From NCBI GenBank assembly GCA_951406725.2, contig OX597815.1:207514001-207578000 (forward strand): a stretch of DNA of 64,000 nucleotides, read 5' to 3'. Below the pieces are notes generated by a model. That model saw only the letters and a program-made list of their open reading frames with translations. It made no database searches and had not been told where the DNA came from. A program made the translations under genes and the position numbers. Positions within the stretch are counted from its first letter, which is position 1. Every line of letters begins with the position of its first letter. Origin of the DNA: Octopus vulgaris. Taxonomy: Eukaryota. Positions 51,495 through 63,988 of the stretch are shown piece after piece.

Positions 51495-51942
51495 TAATCG
51501 TGTTGGAAAGCAGTACCCATGACCATTTATTGCTCCTCCGAGTTTTGTGGATGGACGAGAGGAAGACATTCTCAGACTTGAGACTTGTCTGGAATAATAG
51601 TGTGGGCTCCACTAAATACACGTAAGATGCCAGGCGATTATGTCAAGCCGGATGACGGATTAAGTCTTCCATCCATGTTGGCCATAGCAGGATTTGAACT
51701 TAATGCAAAGAGCCGGAACAAATATGCTCTTACAGTTCCGACAACCTGCTACCCTCTAACGACCCCGAAAGGCTGAAAGGTAAAGTTAACTTCGGTGGGA
51801 TTTGAACTCAGAACGCAGAGAATCGGAATATATACTGCGAAGCATTCAATCCGAATGTCTAACTACTCTGCCAATTCATCGCCTGGTGATTTGAACAATG
51901 TTCCTTGAACTACTGTATTATTAATTTTGATAGATATCTAGA

Positions 51943-52250
51943 GAAGGCGCATGGCTCAGTGGTTAGAGCGTCGAGCTTACGTTCGTGAGGTTTTGAGTTC
52001 GAATCCTGGACCGGGCTATGTGTTGTGTTCTTGAGCAAGGTACTTTATTTCACGTTGCTCCAGTTCACTCAGCTGTAGAAGTGAGTTGCGATGTCACAGG
52101 TGCCAAGCTGTATCGGCCCCTTTGCCTTTCCCTTGGATAACACTGGAGGCCGGTATGCATGAGTGATTGCTAGTCTTCCATAAACAACCTCGCCCGGACT
52201 TGTGCCTGGGAGGGTAACTTTCCATGGTCAGTCATGGGACTGCACCTGGA
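51943..52250 (+). mobile_element. SINE family D, near full length
   Basis: GAAGGCGCATGGCTCAGTGGTTAGAGCG...GAGTTCGAATCC tRNA-like head. Confidence 0.87.
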
Positions 52251-52386
52251 ATCAGCAGCATACATAGATAGATATTTAGATAAGCTGACGGGGAACACGG
52301 GTTCTTGCTAAATGGTATCCAGTGTTGCTGTTAATTTTAATCACACCCCAACCAAACAACCCGTTCATTTCACACGTGCATGTATA

Positions 52387-53856
52387 TAGTAATCACTCGC
52401 CACATCGCGGTTCACCTATCGCGCCATGAGTACACGGTGATGGCTAATATATGTAAATTTATATCGTGAACTACTCAGTATATCACGGATTTCTGCGGCT
52501 GATAGGGATTTATATATATATATATATATTTTATATTTTTTAGATTTTTAATTATTTCTGTGGTAAAATAAGCATTTTCACGTCTAAAAATTGATAAATA
52601 AAAATGCAGTACAGTACTGTATCATACATTAAAATATATTAAAAGAAAATACGTAGAGTACCGTAGATGAGTAAGCAAAGAATCGCACATACTGTATTGA
52701 AAACGAAACTCGGGAGGCGAGTGTGTGGTGGTGTTTTGCTTTTATAATAAAATACAGTAATCCTTCGATTATCGCCGGTGTTACGTTCCAAAACCTCCCG
52801 CGATAGATGGAAATCCGAAGTAGAAACAGTACTGTATATATATTTAAATTTTTATTACAATAAAAGGCACTTATTCACCGTAAAAGCTAATACACAGAAG
52901 GGACAATACAGGACAGACAAATGGGGGTCAAAATAGGACAGACAAAAAAATGGGGGTCAAAATAGCATATGGATAATCAAAGAGTGGAAATGATGAAAAT
53001 GGAGTGATGGACATGGGGACCCCACAAACCACGCGTCATCACTGATCTCCTTTTAGAATCACTGGTACTTACATTCAAGTTTCATTTACACATGTAACAA
53101 GGCATACACTTTCATTCACTGTACAGGACAGACAAAATAGGTTGAACCAGCATATGGTTAAATAACGGGTAGCAATTGATGAAAAGGAATATTGTATTGT
53201 CTTTTGAGTTCGCTGGTGCTTGTGTGTGGAGGGGTTAATTTATGTATGTTTAGCTAGGGTGGATTTTTGCAGGTGTTGTTGGCTGTGGTATGTCTGGTGT
53301 GAATGGATTATATGTGGCCTTGCTTGGGGCAAATGAGTTGGATGTTTTTGTGTAAGGTGTGAACGCGGGTTTTGGGTTCTTTGTTTAGGGTAACTGAGTA
53401 GGATGTTTGGTTTGTGTATGTTATGGATGCGGATTTTTGGTTGTCTTTGGTGTTATTTTTTATGGGTGTGCGATAGGTATCTTTCATTTCCGTCTCCTTG
53501 ACTATTGTCCATCTGTCGTCGCTTCCTCGAACAAGGTTGGTGGTGGTTCTTTGGGGTGTCCCTTTTGGGGTTCTCCACTTCTCTCTGTGGCACATTTGAT
53601 GTGGACTGCTTTATCGTGGTGTTGGTCAACTTTTTTCTATCGGGTTGTCAGTCTGTGGTGGGATTAAAATATTAAAAAAATATAAATACTTATCGGTCGC
53701 AGAAACCCGCGACATACTTAGGAGTCCGCGATATAAATTTATATATATATTACATATATTAGCCAGAAAAATCCGCGACCTACTGAATGCGCGATAGGTG
53801 AACTGCGATGTACTGAGTGCACGATAGGTGAACCGCGATATGGCAAGGAATTACTG
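52387..53856. mobile_element. Tigger/pogo-type non-autonomous element with nested insertions
   Basis: TIRs (T)AGTAATCACTCGCCACATCGCGGTTCACCTATCG and CGATAGGTGAACCGCGATATGGCAAGGAATTACTG, flanked by TA. Confidence 0.8.
52848..53665 (-). mobile_element. Probable Tx1-related ORF1-type retro-insertion inside the Tigger MITE
   Basis: K/T-rich frame ending ICPKQGHI; 3' end TTTGTCTGTCCTGTATTGTCCCTTCTGTG...AATAAAAA. Confidence 0.5.
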
Positions 53857-55889
53857 TATATACAATTTATGCATGCATGTATGTATGCGTGCATGCATTG
53901 CGATTTATGGTTATCTGAACTAGTGTGCATGAGTGTGTATATATTCACTGCAGATATCATCAGGTCAATAGGTTTTTCCGATTCGTGCGGTAATTGCTCT
54001 TTCATGTAATTGTATATCAATATAGATGGAAGTTTTTGTTTGAATTTCGCTTACTGCGCTTTCAGTTGATTATATTTTCCCCTCATTACTCTAGTTCGTT
54101 TATAATCAGTTATTGCTCATTCGTCTAATAACACCATGTTCACCTTTCAGTGGTTGTATTCCGTGTTATTTACATCAACTCAGAAGAATGAATTCACTGG
54201 TTTAGTTTGGTCTGGCTTATGTAATGTGCTATTTTGACGATCTATAGGGATAACTTCAAACACGACGAAAATAAATTTCTGCTATCATCTAGAACCCATG
54301 TTCGACAATTCTTGGTGGGTTGGTGCGGACCCTGCTGCTCCAATTATAATCGGCAGGAAACTATAAGTGTATCTTGATTTCAAACACATTATCACTTGCC
54401 TGCTGTCTTTGTGCTTGTCCCCTACCCTACCGCTTGACAACCGGTGTTGGTGTGTTTACGTACCTGTAATGTAGCAGTTCGGCAAAAGTGACCGATAGAA
54501 TAAGTACCAAGCTTAAAAACATGAAAGTACTGGGATCGATTCATTCGACTAAAACCCTTCAAGAGGGTGCTCCAGCATGGCCACAGTCGAAATTCAACTA
54601 GCTGGGGGTATTTTAGATCTGTCACTCTTTATCTCTTTCATGTTGCCAATAAAAAGATTTGAACTTTTTATTTTTTTTTTTTTTTAGAATTAATACAGGG
54701 CTTTGTTCAAATTCAAAGGATCATTGAAATTTCTCTCGATTGTTCCTCGACCTGCAGGAGCAGACCCCAGTTTCCGGTCCAGCCATTGTGTACGTAGCTG
54801 TAATACTACGTGTTGAATTTTCTTCGTTTGATTACTGCTACGATCTTCCGCAAAAAAAAAAAAGGTGCTTCTTCACATTTATCAGAAGATAAGCGACTTT
54901 TTACCAGGCTTATATCAATAGAAAACGTTTTGGGGGATAGTATCCACCGTAGAAAGATGAATAGCTCCCTTATGCTGACGTGACTGACTCCGGCGCCGTT
55001 ATGTAGCCATGTATATTTATGTAGGTAGGTAAGTATTAATGTATGTCTATGGATCGAAGGGAAGTTGGTCGTGATTTGTAATTTCAATGTATTATTCATC
55101 TCTGTATTATTCTATCTCTCCATTATCCCGGTGTCCCTTTTCTTTTTATTATAGTTTTCTTTATATTTTCTTTCTTTTTTTTCGCCACTTCCTGCCGCCC
55201 TTTTTTTTACTTAGCTCCCTTCTATCACGTTCTGACGTACTTCCTTTGTCATCTTCTTGCACCTCTCCCTCTCGTTAATTATGTCTTCATTTCAGTTTTT
55301 TTTTATTATTATTATTTTTAAATCTGAACGGCCCCTTATTGTATGCAACCAGATTATACAAGCACACCTTAAAGGAAACCAAACAAAGACAACAAATGTT
55401 AAGCGATGTTTGAATGGGTAACGTACAAGAAAGTATCTGTTAGTTGTCCATACCTTATATATATGCAAAATGTGTTTGTGTTATGAGTTCATAACTCATG
55501 CTTGAAAGCACACAATATATCGGTGATGACAAATATTTTGGGGGTTATTTATTTAGGCACACCAGGATTAAGCAATCTAGAAACACTACTCTTCTGTTAA
55601 ATTATTTGGGGAATTTAGGTAATCTATTTTCTTGGGTTGGCCAAATTTTACAAACCACGACCGACTTCTTTTTTATTCAGTGAATCAGCAGTCTTTATAA
55701 ATCAATATATTGCCAAACGACAGAGAATCTACCAGGGAATAGGGGTATAAGTTGCAGTTTTGATTAGCAGTTCAATCAATGTCTCCTATTTTTACCTTGC
55801 TTATGCTATTCAGAAAGGAATATGCGTTACAGCTTATTTCTCTCCCGTAAAATATGAGGACCCCTAGACACATTTGGTTCTTTAGTATA

Positions 55890-56110
55890 TATTTCTTTAC
55901 TACCCACAGAGGAGACAAACAAGGACAGACAAACGGATTAAGTCGATTACATCGACCCCGGTGCGTAACTAGTATTTAATTTATCGACCCCGAAAGAAGG
56001 AAAGGCAAAGTCGACCTCAGCGGAATTTGAACTCAGAACGTAACGGCAGACGAAATACGGCTACGCATTTCGCCCGGCGTGCTAACGTTTCTGCCAGCTC
56101 GCCGCCTTTC
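55890..56110 (-). mobile_element. SINE B, long tail, 14-bp TSD
   Basis: TSD GGTTCTTTAGTATA at 55876-55889 and 56111-56124; a divergent short-tail copy follows at 56174-56390. Confidence 0.9.
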
Positions 56111-57339
56111 GGTTCTTTAGTATAATGTACCGAATCTAAAATGCCACCTATTATTTCATTAAGTAATAAAACAAGGCGGCGAGCTGACAAAATCATTATC
56201 ACGCTGGGCGAAATGCTTAGCAGGATTTTGTCAGTCTTTTCATTCTGAGTTCAAATGCCACCGAGGTTGACTTTACCTTTTATCTTTTCGGAGACCATAA
56301 AATAAATACCAGTTAAGCACTGTAATGGATGTAATCAACTAGCCCCACCTCCCTTTTAACTTACCGGTCTTGCGTCAAAATTTGAAACCATCAATAAAAT
56401 TACTCGTTTCAAGCTAGCCGAAATAATTAACTTTTTTCCCCCCTAGAAAAGCCCCTTCGTTTATATTACTAACGCACTTTGCAAAATCATAAGGGTCATA
56501 AATTTCCAGCACTCGCTTCAGTCCTGCCTTCAAAGGACACGTGCTAACATTTGCTTCGTCAATATTCAACATGATGAACATCAGTTTGAGAAAAAGAAAA
56601 ACAACAAGCCTATGATAGGATTCAAACTTCGTTCTTACCACTTGCTGTGTAATCGTCAGATTTTACGCTTCAGTGTTAGTTTTTCCGGCATCTCAAATTG
56701 CGCACGATAAAGTTTTTCTCAAACTTTTGTGGGGTTTTTTTTATTATTATTATCACCAGAAGATAATTCGTTACTAATTTATGTTTATTTTTTGTTTGTG
56801 TAACTCGATGAACAACGGCTTTGCTGGGCTGCTATCTTGAAGGGTTACATTGAACAAATCAGCCCCAGGATTTATTTCCAAGTTCTTATTAGTCTCCTTT
56901 GCGGAACTGCAAAGTTACGGGGATGTAATCAAACTAACACTAGTTGTCGAGTCGAGTGTTCGCGGTTGTCGAGTGTTCGTAGCAAGTCATAATTTCACTT
57001 AAAGGATAATTTCTTATGACATTACGACAGATCAAGGTATATGATATTTCATTCTCTTGGACATAAATGAAATAGCTTATCCTTCTAGCATTGATGACTA
57101 AATACTCATCCACCAGAATAAAAATTTTCACATGATCATTAATCCGTGCAATTCAAATACTGATCTCACGAAAATGCTATTTTGGAAGTAGTTTGATTTC
57201 ATTAGAAACTTTGAAACGGAAACTCTATACAAAAGGTTTCGTTTAAGATGACGTCACACATTTTTTGCAGGGATAAAATCAATTACCTCGATCAGCTCCT
57301 TTCGAAAGTGAACCCTGATTCCATATTTAACTATTCTTT

Positions 57340-57753
57340 TTTCTTTCTTTTACTTGTTTCAGTCATTTGACTGCGGCCATGCTGGAGCACCGCCTTTAGT
57401 CGAGCAAATCGACCCCGGGACTTATTCTTTTGTAAGCCCAGTACTTATTCTATCGGTCTCTTTTGCCGAACCACTAAGTAACGGGGACATAAACACGCCA
57501 GCATCGGTTGTCAAGCAATGCTAGGGGGACAAACACAGACACACAAACACACACGCACACATATATATATATATATACATACATATATACGACAGGCTTC
57601 TTTCAGTTTCCGTCTACCAAATTCACTCACAAGGCTTTGGTCGGCCCGAGGCTATAGTAGAAGACACTAGCCCAAGGTGCCATGCAGTGGGACTGAACCT
57701 GGAACCATGTGGTTGGTAAACAAGCTACCTTCCACACAGCCACTCCTGCGCCT
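57340..57753 (-). mobile_element. SINE family A
   Basis: Full-length reverse copy. Confidence 0.9.
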
Positions 57754-58150
57754 AACATTTAGTGACTATCTCAGTGTTTTCTTCCCACGTAACCTTAATT
57801 GGCTTATTAAATTCTACTGAAATGATCGTGTCATTGCGTTCAGTGAAAGGTTATTCTTCACCCTACAATTCCTATAGCGTGATCACGCATATTTCTTTTC
57901 CTTTCCTAAAGTCACAATGCCTCACAACACTGGGGCTCGTTCTCAGTTTCAGTAAAAACAAGCAGATGAATCGCATCTTGGATTTGTTGCTACTTCATTG
58001 TAACGCTGAAATATTTCCTGAGGACCTGACACTGACTATAACGATACGGTGGTTGAGACGTGCTGGCTTCAGTTGCCTTCTGAACGGCAAAAAAAATTAA
58101 TAATAGTGACGCGCTAAATGTTCGTGGTCTAAGCTATGGTTTGTATATGA

Positions 58151-58199
<49 letters not shown>

Positions 58200-58333
58200 T
58201 CAACATTTTAAAACTGTTGTAATACTTGCAACATTTAATAAAATGATGTAGCGTGAAACGATCGTACCAAATTACCGAAGTTATTCTTGTTGCTTATTCT
58301 GATTATGTGTGTGTGTGTGTGTGTGTGTACGTG

Positions 58334-59548
58334 TACAAATTATTCGCGCTAAATTTGATTTTGTCTCCCCACCCCCCAAGAACAGCTTGATGTGTGGGTG
58401 ATCAGTCAGTGGCATTGGAGAGCGTGACGATCAAAGGTGTAACTGATAAAAAGTTAGCTAACGTTGAGGACTGGAAGCTATCTGGGTATTCCAAAAAAAC
58501 TTACCTGTGTCATGATTCGCGCCGGATATCAAATACCGACATCGTGAGAGCTGCTCAATGTTCTGTGAAAACTATACAAGCTGTAAGACATGACATGGAG
58601 ACTATGAAACTGTGGCCAGCAGAAAGATATTGTTTTAGGGTGATTCTCCACTAAGGGTAACGTCATGACGCCCCTCACCTTTGAACAGAACCTAAGGTTC
58701 AATTCTGATGGGTATGTGAACCCCCTGAAAAGAGTTGCTGCTGAAAGGATTCGGTTTCTTATTTCTTTATTGCCCACAAGAGGCTAATCATAGAGGGGAC
58801 AGACAAAGAGATGAAGTCGATTGCAATAACCCCAGTGCGTAACTGGTACTTAATTTGTCGACTCCGCAAAGTCGACCTCAGCGTAATTTGAACTCAGAAT
58901 GTAACAGCAGACAAAATACCTATTTCTTTACTACCCACAAGGGCTAAACATAGAGGGGACAAACAAGGACAGACAAACGGATTAAGTCGATTACATCGAC
59001 CCCAGTGCGTAACTGGTACTTATTTAATCGACCCCGAAAGGATGAAAGGCAAAGTCGACCTCGGCGGAATTTGAACTCTGAACGTAGTGGCAGACGAAAT
59101 ACCGCTAAGCATTTCGCCCTGCGTGCTAACGTTTCTGCCAGCTCGCCAGAGGTATGGCAAGAAGGATTCGGCTTCTTGCCGTACCACCGGAAAGGGTCAG
59201 AAGTGGTTCTCGGAGAGTTTCTATGACTTCACCAGCCCCAATTTCTGGCCTCCTAATTAAAATTCCAATTAAAATTCCATGGATCTCTGTGGGGTGCGGT
59301 TGTGAAAGACACCAACTGCTCTGCCAGCAACACCAGGGCCGAGCTGGTGGCCAAGGACAAGATGTTCGAAGATCTTCCCAAGGACATAGTGAGAAACGCA
59401 TGCGCCAGGCTCCAGAGCCGTCTTGAGGCTGTGGTGAAAACTGAGGGCTGCTACTCTCAGTGTTATCTCCCAGCCATAATCTAGTTGATCTTTTTTGATT
59501 TTTAAAATACATTTCCTTTTATGCAACTGTCACATTCAGCCCGTGTAT
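58334..59548 (+). mobile_element. Decayed Tc1/mariner-superfamily element (DD37D/maT-like), split by dimeric SINE B (58760-59147, minus)
   Basis: Broken frames give DSASCRT..SQKWF..FYDFTSP..FWPPN..WGAVVKDTN..VRNACARLQSRLEAVVKTEGCY. Confidence 0.75.
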
Positions 59549-59585
<37 letters not shown>

Positions 59586-59994
59586 TTCCATGAAATAAAT
59601 ACCAGTTGAACAATGGGGTCGATGTAATCGATTAGCCCCATTCGCTCAAAATTTCAGGCCTTGTGCCTAAAATAATTGGATCTTTTCGGTTTGAACGGCA
59701 GTTTTTTCTAGCGGTGTCATATGAAATTGTCACCCATAATTATGACCCTAGTATCGATCTATTGCATTTCAATCTGTGTTAGGGTTAGGAGGGAGGGTGT
59801 CTTTTTTTCTTCACAAATGTAAATAAACCCAATCTGTTTCTTAAGCGAGGGACATATTCATACGGCACCGAATGTTTTTTTTACCTCAATAGACGTCAGT
59901 GATTGGTTGAAATTGAAGAAAAAAACAACAAATATCTTACAAACTATAGAATTTTCTCAATAAAGCCAAAAGAAAAAGATGTTTTATAAACACA

Positions 59995-61358
59995 CTAGCA
60001 GTATCGCCCGGCGTTGCTCGGGTTTGTAAGGGAAATAACTATATAAGCATTTTTAGAGAGTTATAGCCAAAAAATAGCAAAAAATGCATTAAAAATGGAA
60101 AAAATATGATGGTAAATTTTTTGAAAAATCGTTGACTCATCGTAGACATTTTTAGAGAGTTACTTCCCTTATATAATAGCGAAAAAATGCATTAAAATGG
60201 AAAAAAAACGATGGTAAATTTTTTTTTAAATCGTAGACTCATGTAGACGCTTTCTTAGCCATTTCTGTTTTGGTGTCTTCAAGCCATGAAGTCGTTGTTC
60301 TAAAAGAACGCTGGTCTCCTTGACAACGCATTACGACGTTGATTTCCTTGCACTCCCTTCCCCACAGGTGCAGGTGTGAGCGTGGATGCCAACTCCGCCG
60401 CCATCGACACACGAAAAATTATGCATTAAAATGGAATAAAAAATTATGTTAAATTATTTTTAAAATCGTAGACTCATCGTAGACGCGCGCTAATACTCAG
60501 ACGGGCTCGATATGAATCACGACTATAAGCTACCCGAATTTGGTTAAACTGCACCGCAAAATGTGGGAGTAGTTAGGAATCTAAATCGAAGGGGACAGAC
60601 ACTCACACAACTACAGTTTTATATATATAGATATACATAGCGCAGTAGTGGTGAGATGTGACAGCAAAGAAAAGCATACATTCACTCTCTGCATGCAATT
60701 AGACTCGGAAAGTTCGTGAGGAACCCATTGACCCAATTTGCTGACTTTTCCGATAGCACACAGGTCTCAATGAATGGTTGAATGACCAAATCCAAGCTTC
60801 TCTGCTAGTTCCTCAACAGTTACGATGAGATTTTGTTCCACCAGGGTTTTCAGGATGTCCTTGTCGAGTTCTACAGATCTTTCAGGATGAGGCTCGTCTT
60901 CTAGGCTGTTCCAATATAGCTTTGAAAAAAATAGCTGTTAAAATCGAAATGCACTCTTCAAAACTTGCACTATGAATAAGGACAAGATAAAATTACTACC
61001 TGCTTTTATAGCAAGTTAATATAAGTAGTTTATCCCATTCCCCTCTGACTTTTAGTTCAAGCTGTTGAAAAAACCGCATTATTATATATATATATACATA
61101 CATACATACATACATATACACACACACTCTCTCTCTCACACACATGCACACATTTATATTCTGTTATTCTTTTATATGTTTCAGCCTTGAGGTTGTGGCC
61201 ATGCTGGATCATGTGTGTGTGTGTGTGTGTCTATCTGTCTGTCTGTCTGTATGTATATATGTATATGTATGTGTGTGAACAATAATATTTTCAACAGATG
61301 TGTTGCAAATGTATCTGATTGTTCTCAAGCTTCAATACTGTGTGTGTGTGTGTGTGTA

Positions 61359-61391
<33 letters not shown>

Positions 61392-61913
61392 ATGTATGTA
61401 TATGTATGTATGTATGTATGTGTGTATGTATGTGTGTGTGTATGTATGTATGTATGTATGAGTGTATGTTTACTTTATTACTAACACAAGCCAGTACGGT
61501 TATTTAATGTAAAGTCTTCCTCAAATCACTATCTCTGGCTATTTACTCTCTTCCAAGAACATTTTCACTCACACTTATGTGTTAGCTTCCCATACATTTT
61601 ACTCATGTATCTATCAGCGTGATAGAGAGAAACAAATATTACATCTAGTTTCACTTTATTCGTTGCCCACTGTGTGTGTGCGTTTGCGTGTGGTGTAAAC
61701 CAGACTAAGAAAAGCATTTGACACACACCAGAATGTGAGTTTTCTGTAAATTTTGCTTAATTGGAGTTTAAATTTTAAAAACTGGACCTGGCATGACGCG
61801 ATGCATTGTACTCTTAAAAATGGTAGGTAAATTGTAATTGAAGAAATCCTATATTGTAGATTTGTATAACTCCCAAAGGGAGGCAGATAAAATCTGCCTT
61901 TTATAATAAGAGA
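59995..61913 (-). mobile_element. Composite Helitron: foreign 5' end, captured DNA, complete H-A element
   Basis: Outer 5' TCTCTTATTATAAAA at 61913; inner H-A 5' TC at 60631; shared hairpin and CTAG at 59995; removing the block restores the MITE at an A|T site. Confidence 0.85.
60645..60904 (-). pseudogene. mariner transposase fragment
   Basis: LEDEPHPERSVELDKDILKTLVEQNLIVTVEELAEKLGFGHSTIH*DLCAIGKVSKLGQWVPHELSE; WVPHEL at 60710-60727. Confidence 0.9.
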
Positions 61914-62386
61914 TTCTACCAGTATACGAAGTTAAAAAATTTTTTAAGTTACCTAGAAATTATGTTAAAAACTGCCGTTCAAACCGAAAAGATCCAAATA
62001 ATTTTTATTGCGGTGAATTAGCTGACCCGTTAGCACGCCGGACACAAAGCTAAGCGGCATTTCGTCCGTCTTCACGTTCTGAGTTCAAAATACCGCCCAG
62101 GAAGGATGAAAGGTAAAGTCGAACTTGGAAAAGGACTAAAATATTAGAACCGAGTTGTGAAAGTCATTTCAATATTGGTAAGATTGATATTAATGTTCAG
62201 CAACAGCGTAAATAACAATGATTTCATATTTTGACATATTATTGAATAGGTCTGTGTGTCTGCAGTGATTGACAGAATTGGTTGGTTGTTGGTTAGAATT
62301 CCATGAAATAATTTAGTCGTCTCATTTGAAGCTAATAGTAAAATGTTGGATGCTCATTCGACTAATCTAGACTATATAAAATTTAC

Positions 62387-62617
62387 AGGCGGCGAGCTGG
62401 CAGAAACGTTATCACGCCGAGCGAAATGCTTAGCGGTATTTCGTCTTCTGTTATGTTCTGAGTTCAAATTCCGCCGAGGTTGACTTTGCCTTTCATCCTT
62501 TCAGAGTCGATAAATTAAGTACCAGTTTCGCACTGGAGTCGATGTAATTAACTTAATCCCTTTGTCTGTCCTTGTTTGTCCCCTCTATGTTTAGCCCCTT
62601 GTGGGCAATAAAGAAAT
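62387..62617 (+). mobile_element. SINE B, long tail
   Basis: Full-length: AGGCGGCGAGCTGGCAGAAACG...GGCAATAAAGAAATA. Confidence 0.9.
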
Positions 62618-63206
62618 ATATATAAAACTTATTCCATTTTTTACACTCTGTTGTTTAGATTCAATAGAAAACATTTAAGAAAGAAAAATAAAAGACTTAT
62701 AGCAGAGCAGATTGATCCAATCACGTTTATCTCTCTTGATAAAAGATTAATCATGTTTTAATCAAAATCTGTCCATGCTCACTACTCACTCCTATAACAA
62801 AACTAAATTATGACGAGTAGCTATGTTAAGGGAGATAACTTTCTTTCGTCATTGTGTCTTCAACGCCTGCAGCGCATTCATGACTTTACAACGCAAGTCT
62901 TACCGATTAAGCACGACGTCTCCAATGACCTACGATCAGACATCTGCGCTTATTTAAGGGTATCTGTATGACCACATTCTCTAATTGACTTACTTCTTCG
63001 TGGCGGTCGGATATTGTGTGTATGTGTGCGCAGGAGTGGCTGTGTGGTAAGAAACTTGCTTCCCAACCACATGGTTCTGAGTTCAGTCCCTGTGCGTGGC
63101 ACCTTGGGGAAGTGTCTACAATAGACTCAGGCCGACCAAAGCCTTGTGGGCGGATTTAGTAGACGGAAACTGAAAGAAGCCTGTTGTGTGTGTGTGTGTG
63201 TGTATG

Positions 63207-63254
<48 letters not shown>

Positions 63255-63259
<5 letters not shown>

Positions 63260-63330
63260 GAAAGAATGGAGTCGAACGAAGATTTTAACAAAATTGTTAA
63301 AATCTTCGTTCGACTCCATTCTTTCATTTA
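63255..63330. repeat. Perfect palindrome, 37-bp arms, 2-nt spacer
   Basis: TAAATGAAAGAATGGAGTCGAACGAAGATTTTAACAA-AA-reverse complement. Confidence 0.95.
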
Positions 63331-63463
63331 TTCATATAAAAAACACACAAATTTCCACACAAGAACCCGGAGTTTCTACCCTTGACAGATCGCTTCAACC
63401 GTGTTTTCTGACGTGAATTTGCTACCCAGGTACCGGTTAAACGAATTTTCCATGCTAGGATAA

Positions 63464-63523
<60 letters not shown>

Positions 63524-63799
63524 GTGTGTGTGTTGTCCCACTCCCAACCTATTACCGCTTGAGTACTGGTGTTGCCCTCGGACAAAGGACCAACAGTTTT
63601 TAAGGAGAGGTGGAAGTTGATTACATCGACGCCAGTACTTGACTGACACTTATTTTATCGGCCCCGAAAGGACGAAAAGCAAAGTAGACCTCAGTAGAAT
63701 TTGAACTCAGAATGCAAAGCATTTTATCGGGCGTACTAACGATTCTGCTTGCTCGCCACATAGAAATTAATAAAGTAATAAATATTGCACCTCGCCTAT

Positions 63800-63988
63800 G
63801 CATGTGTCAAGTAAAAAGCACTTAGTCCACTGTGCTGAGTGGTTGGTGTTAGGAAGAGCATCCAGCTGTAAAAATCCTGCCAAAACAGTTACAGAAGTCT
63901 GGTGCAGGCTTCGGCCTGGCCGGCTCTTGTAGTACCGTCCCATCCATGCTAGCATGGAACACGGACTTTAAATGATGATGATGGTGAT
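63800..63988 (+). mobile_element. SINE family E 3' part
   Basis: GTTGGTGTTAGGAAGAGCATCCAGCTGTAAAAATC and (ATG)n tail. Confidence 0.75.

Larger units (their letters stand above)
59678..61995. mobile_element. MITE related to 5628-6481, 29-bp perfect TIRs, 8-bp TSD, interrupted by a Helitron
   Basis: TIR GGATCTTTTCGGTTTGAACGGCAGTTTTT at both ends; TSD AAATAATT at 59670-59677 and 61996-62003; GTTAGGGTTAGG inside. Confidence 0.92.

Noticed and set aside
54740-55040. Possible promoter (TGACGT and TTCCGG motifs, some CpG)
   Set aside because: Short motifs expected by chance; no linked exon or CpG island.
56414-56641. 75-aa ORF as a possible host exon (also 50069-50275 and 34797-34994)
   Set aside because: No recognisable domain or convincing splice sites; small host exons cannot be excluded without RNA data.
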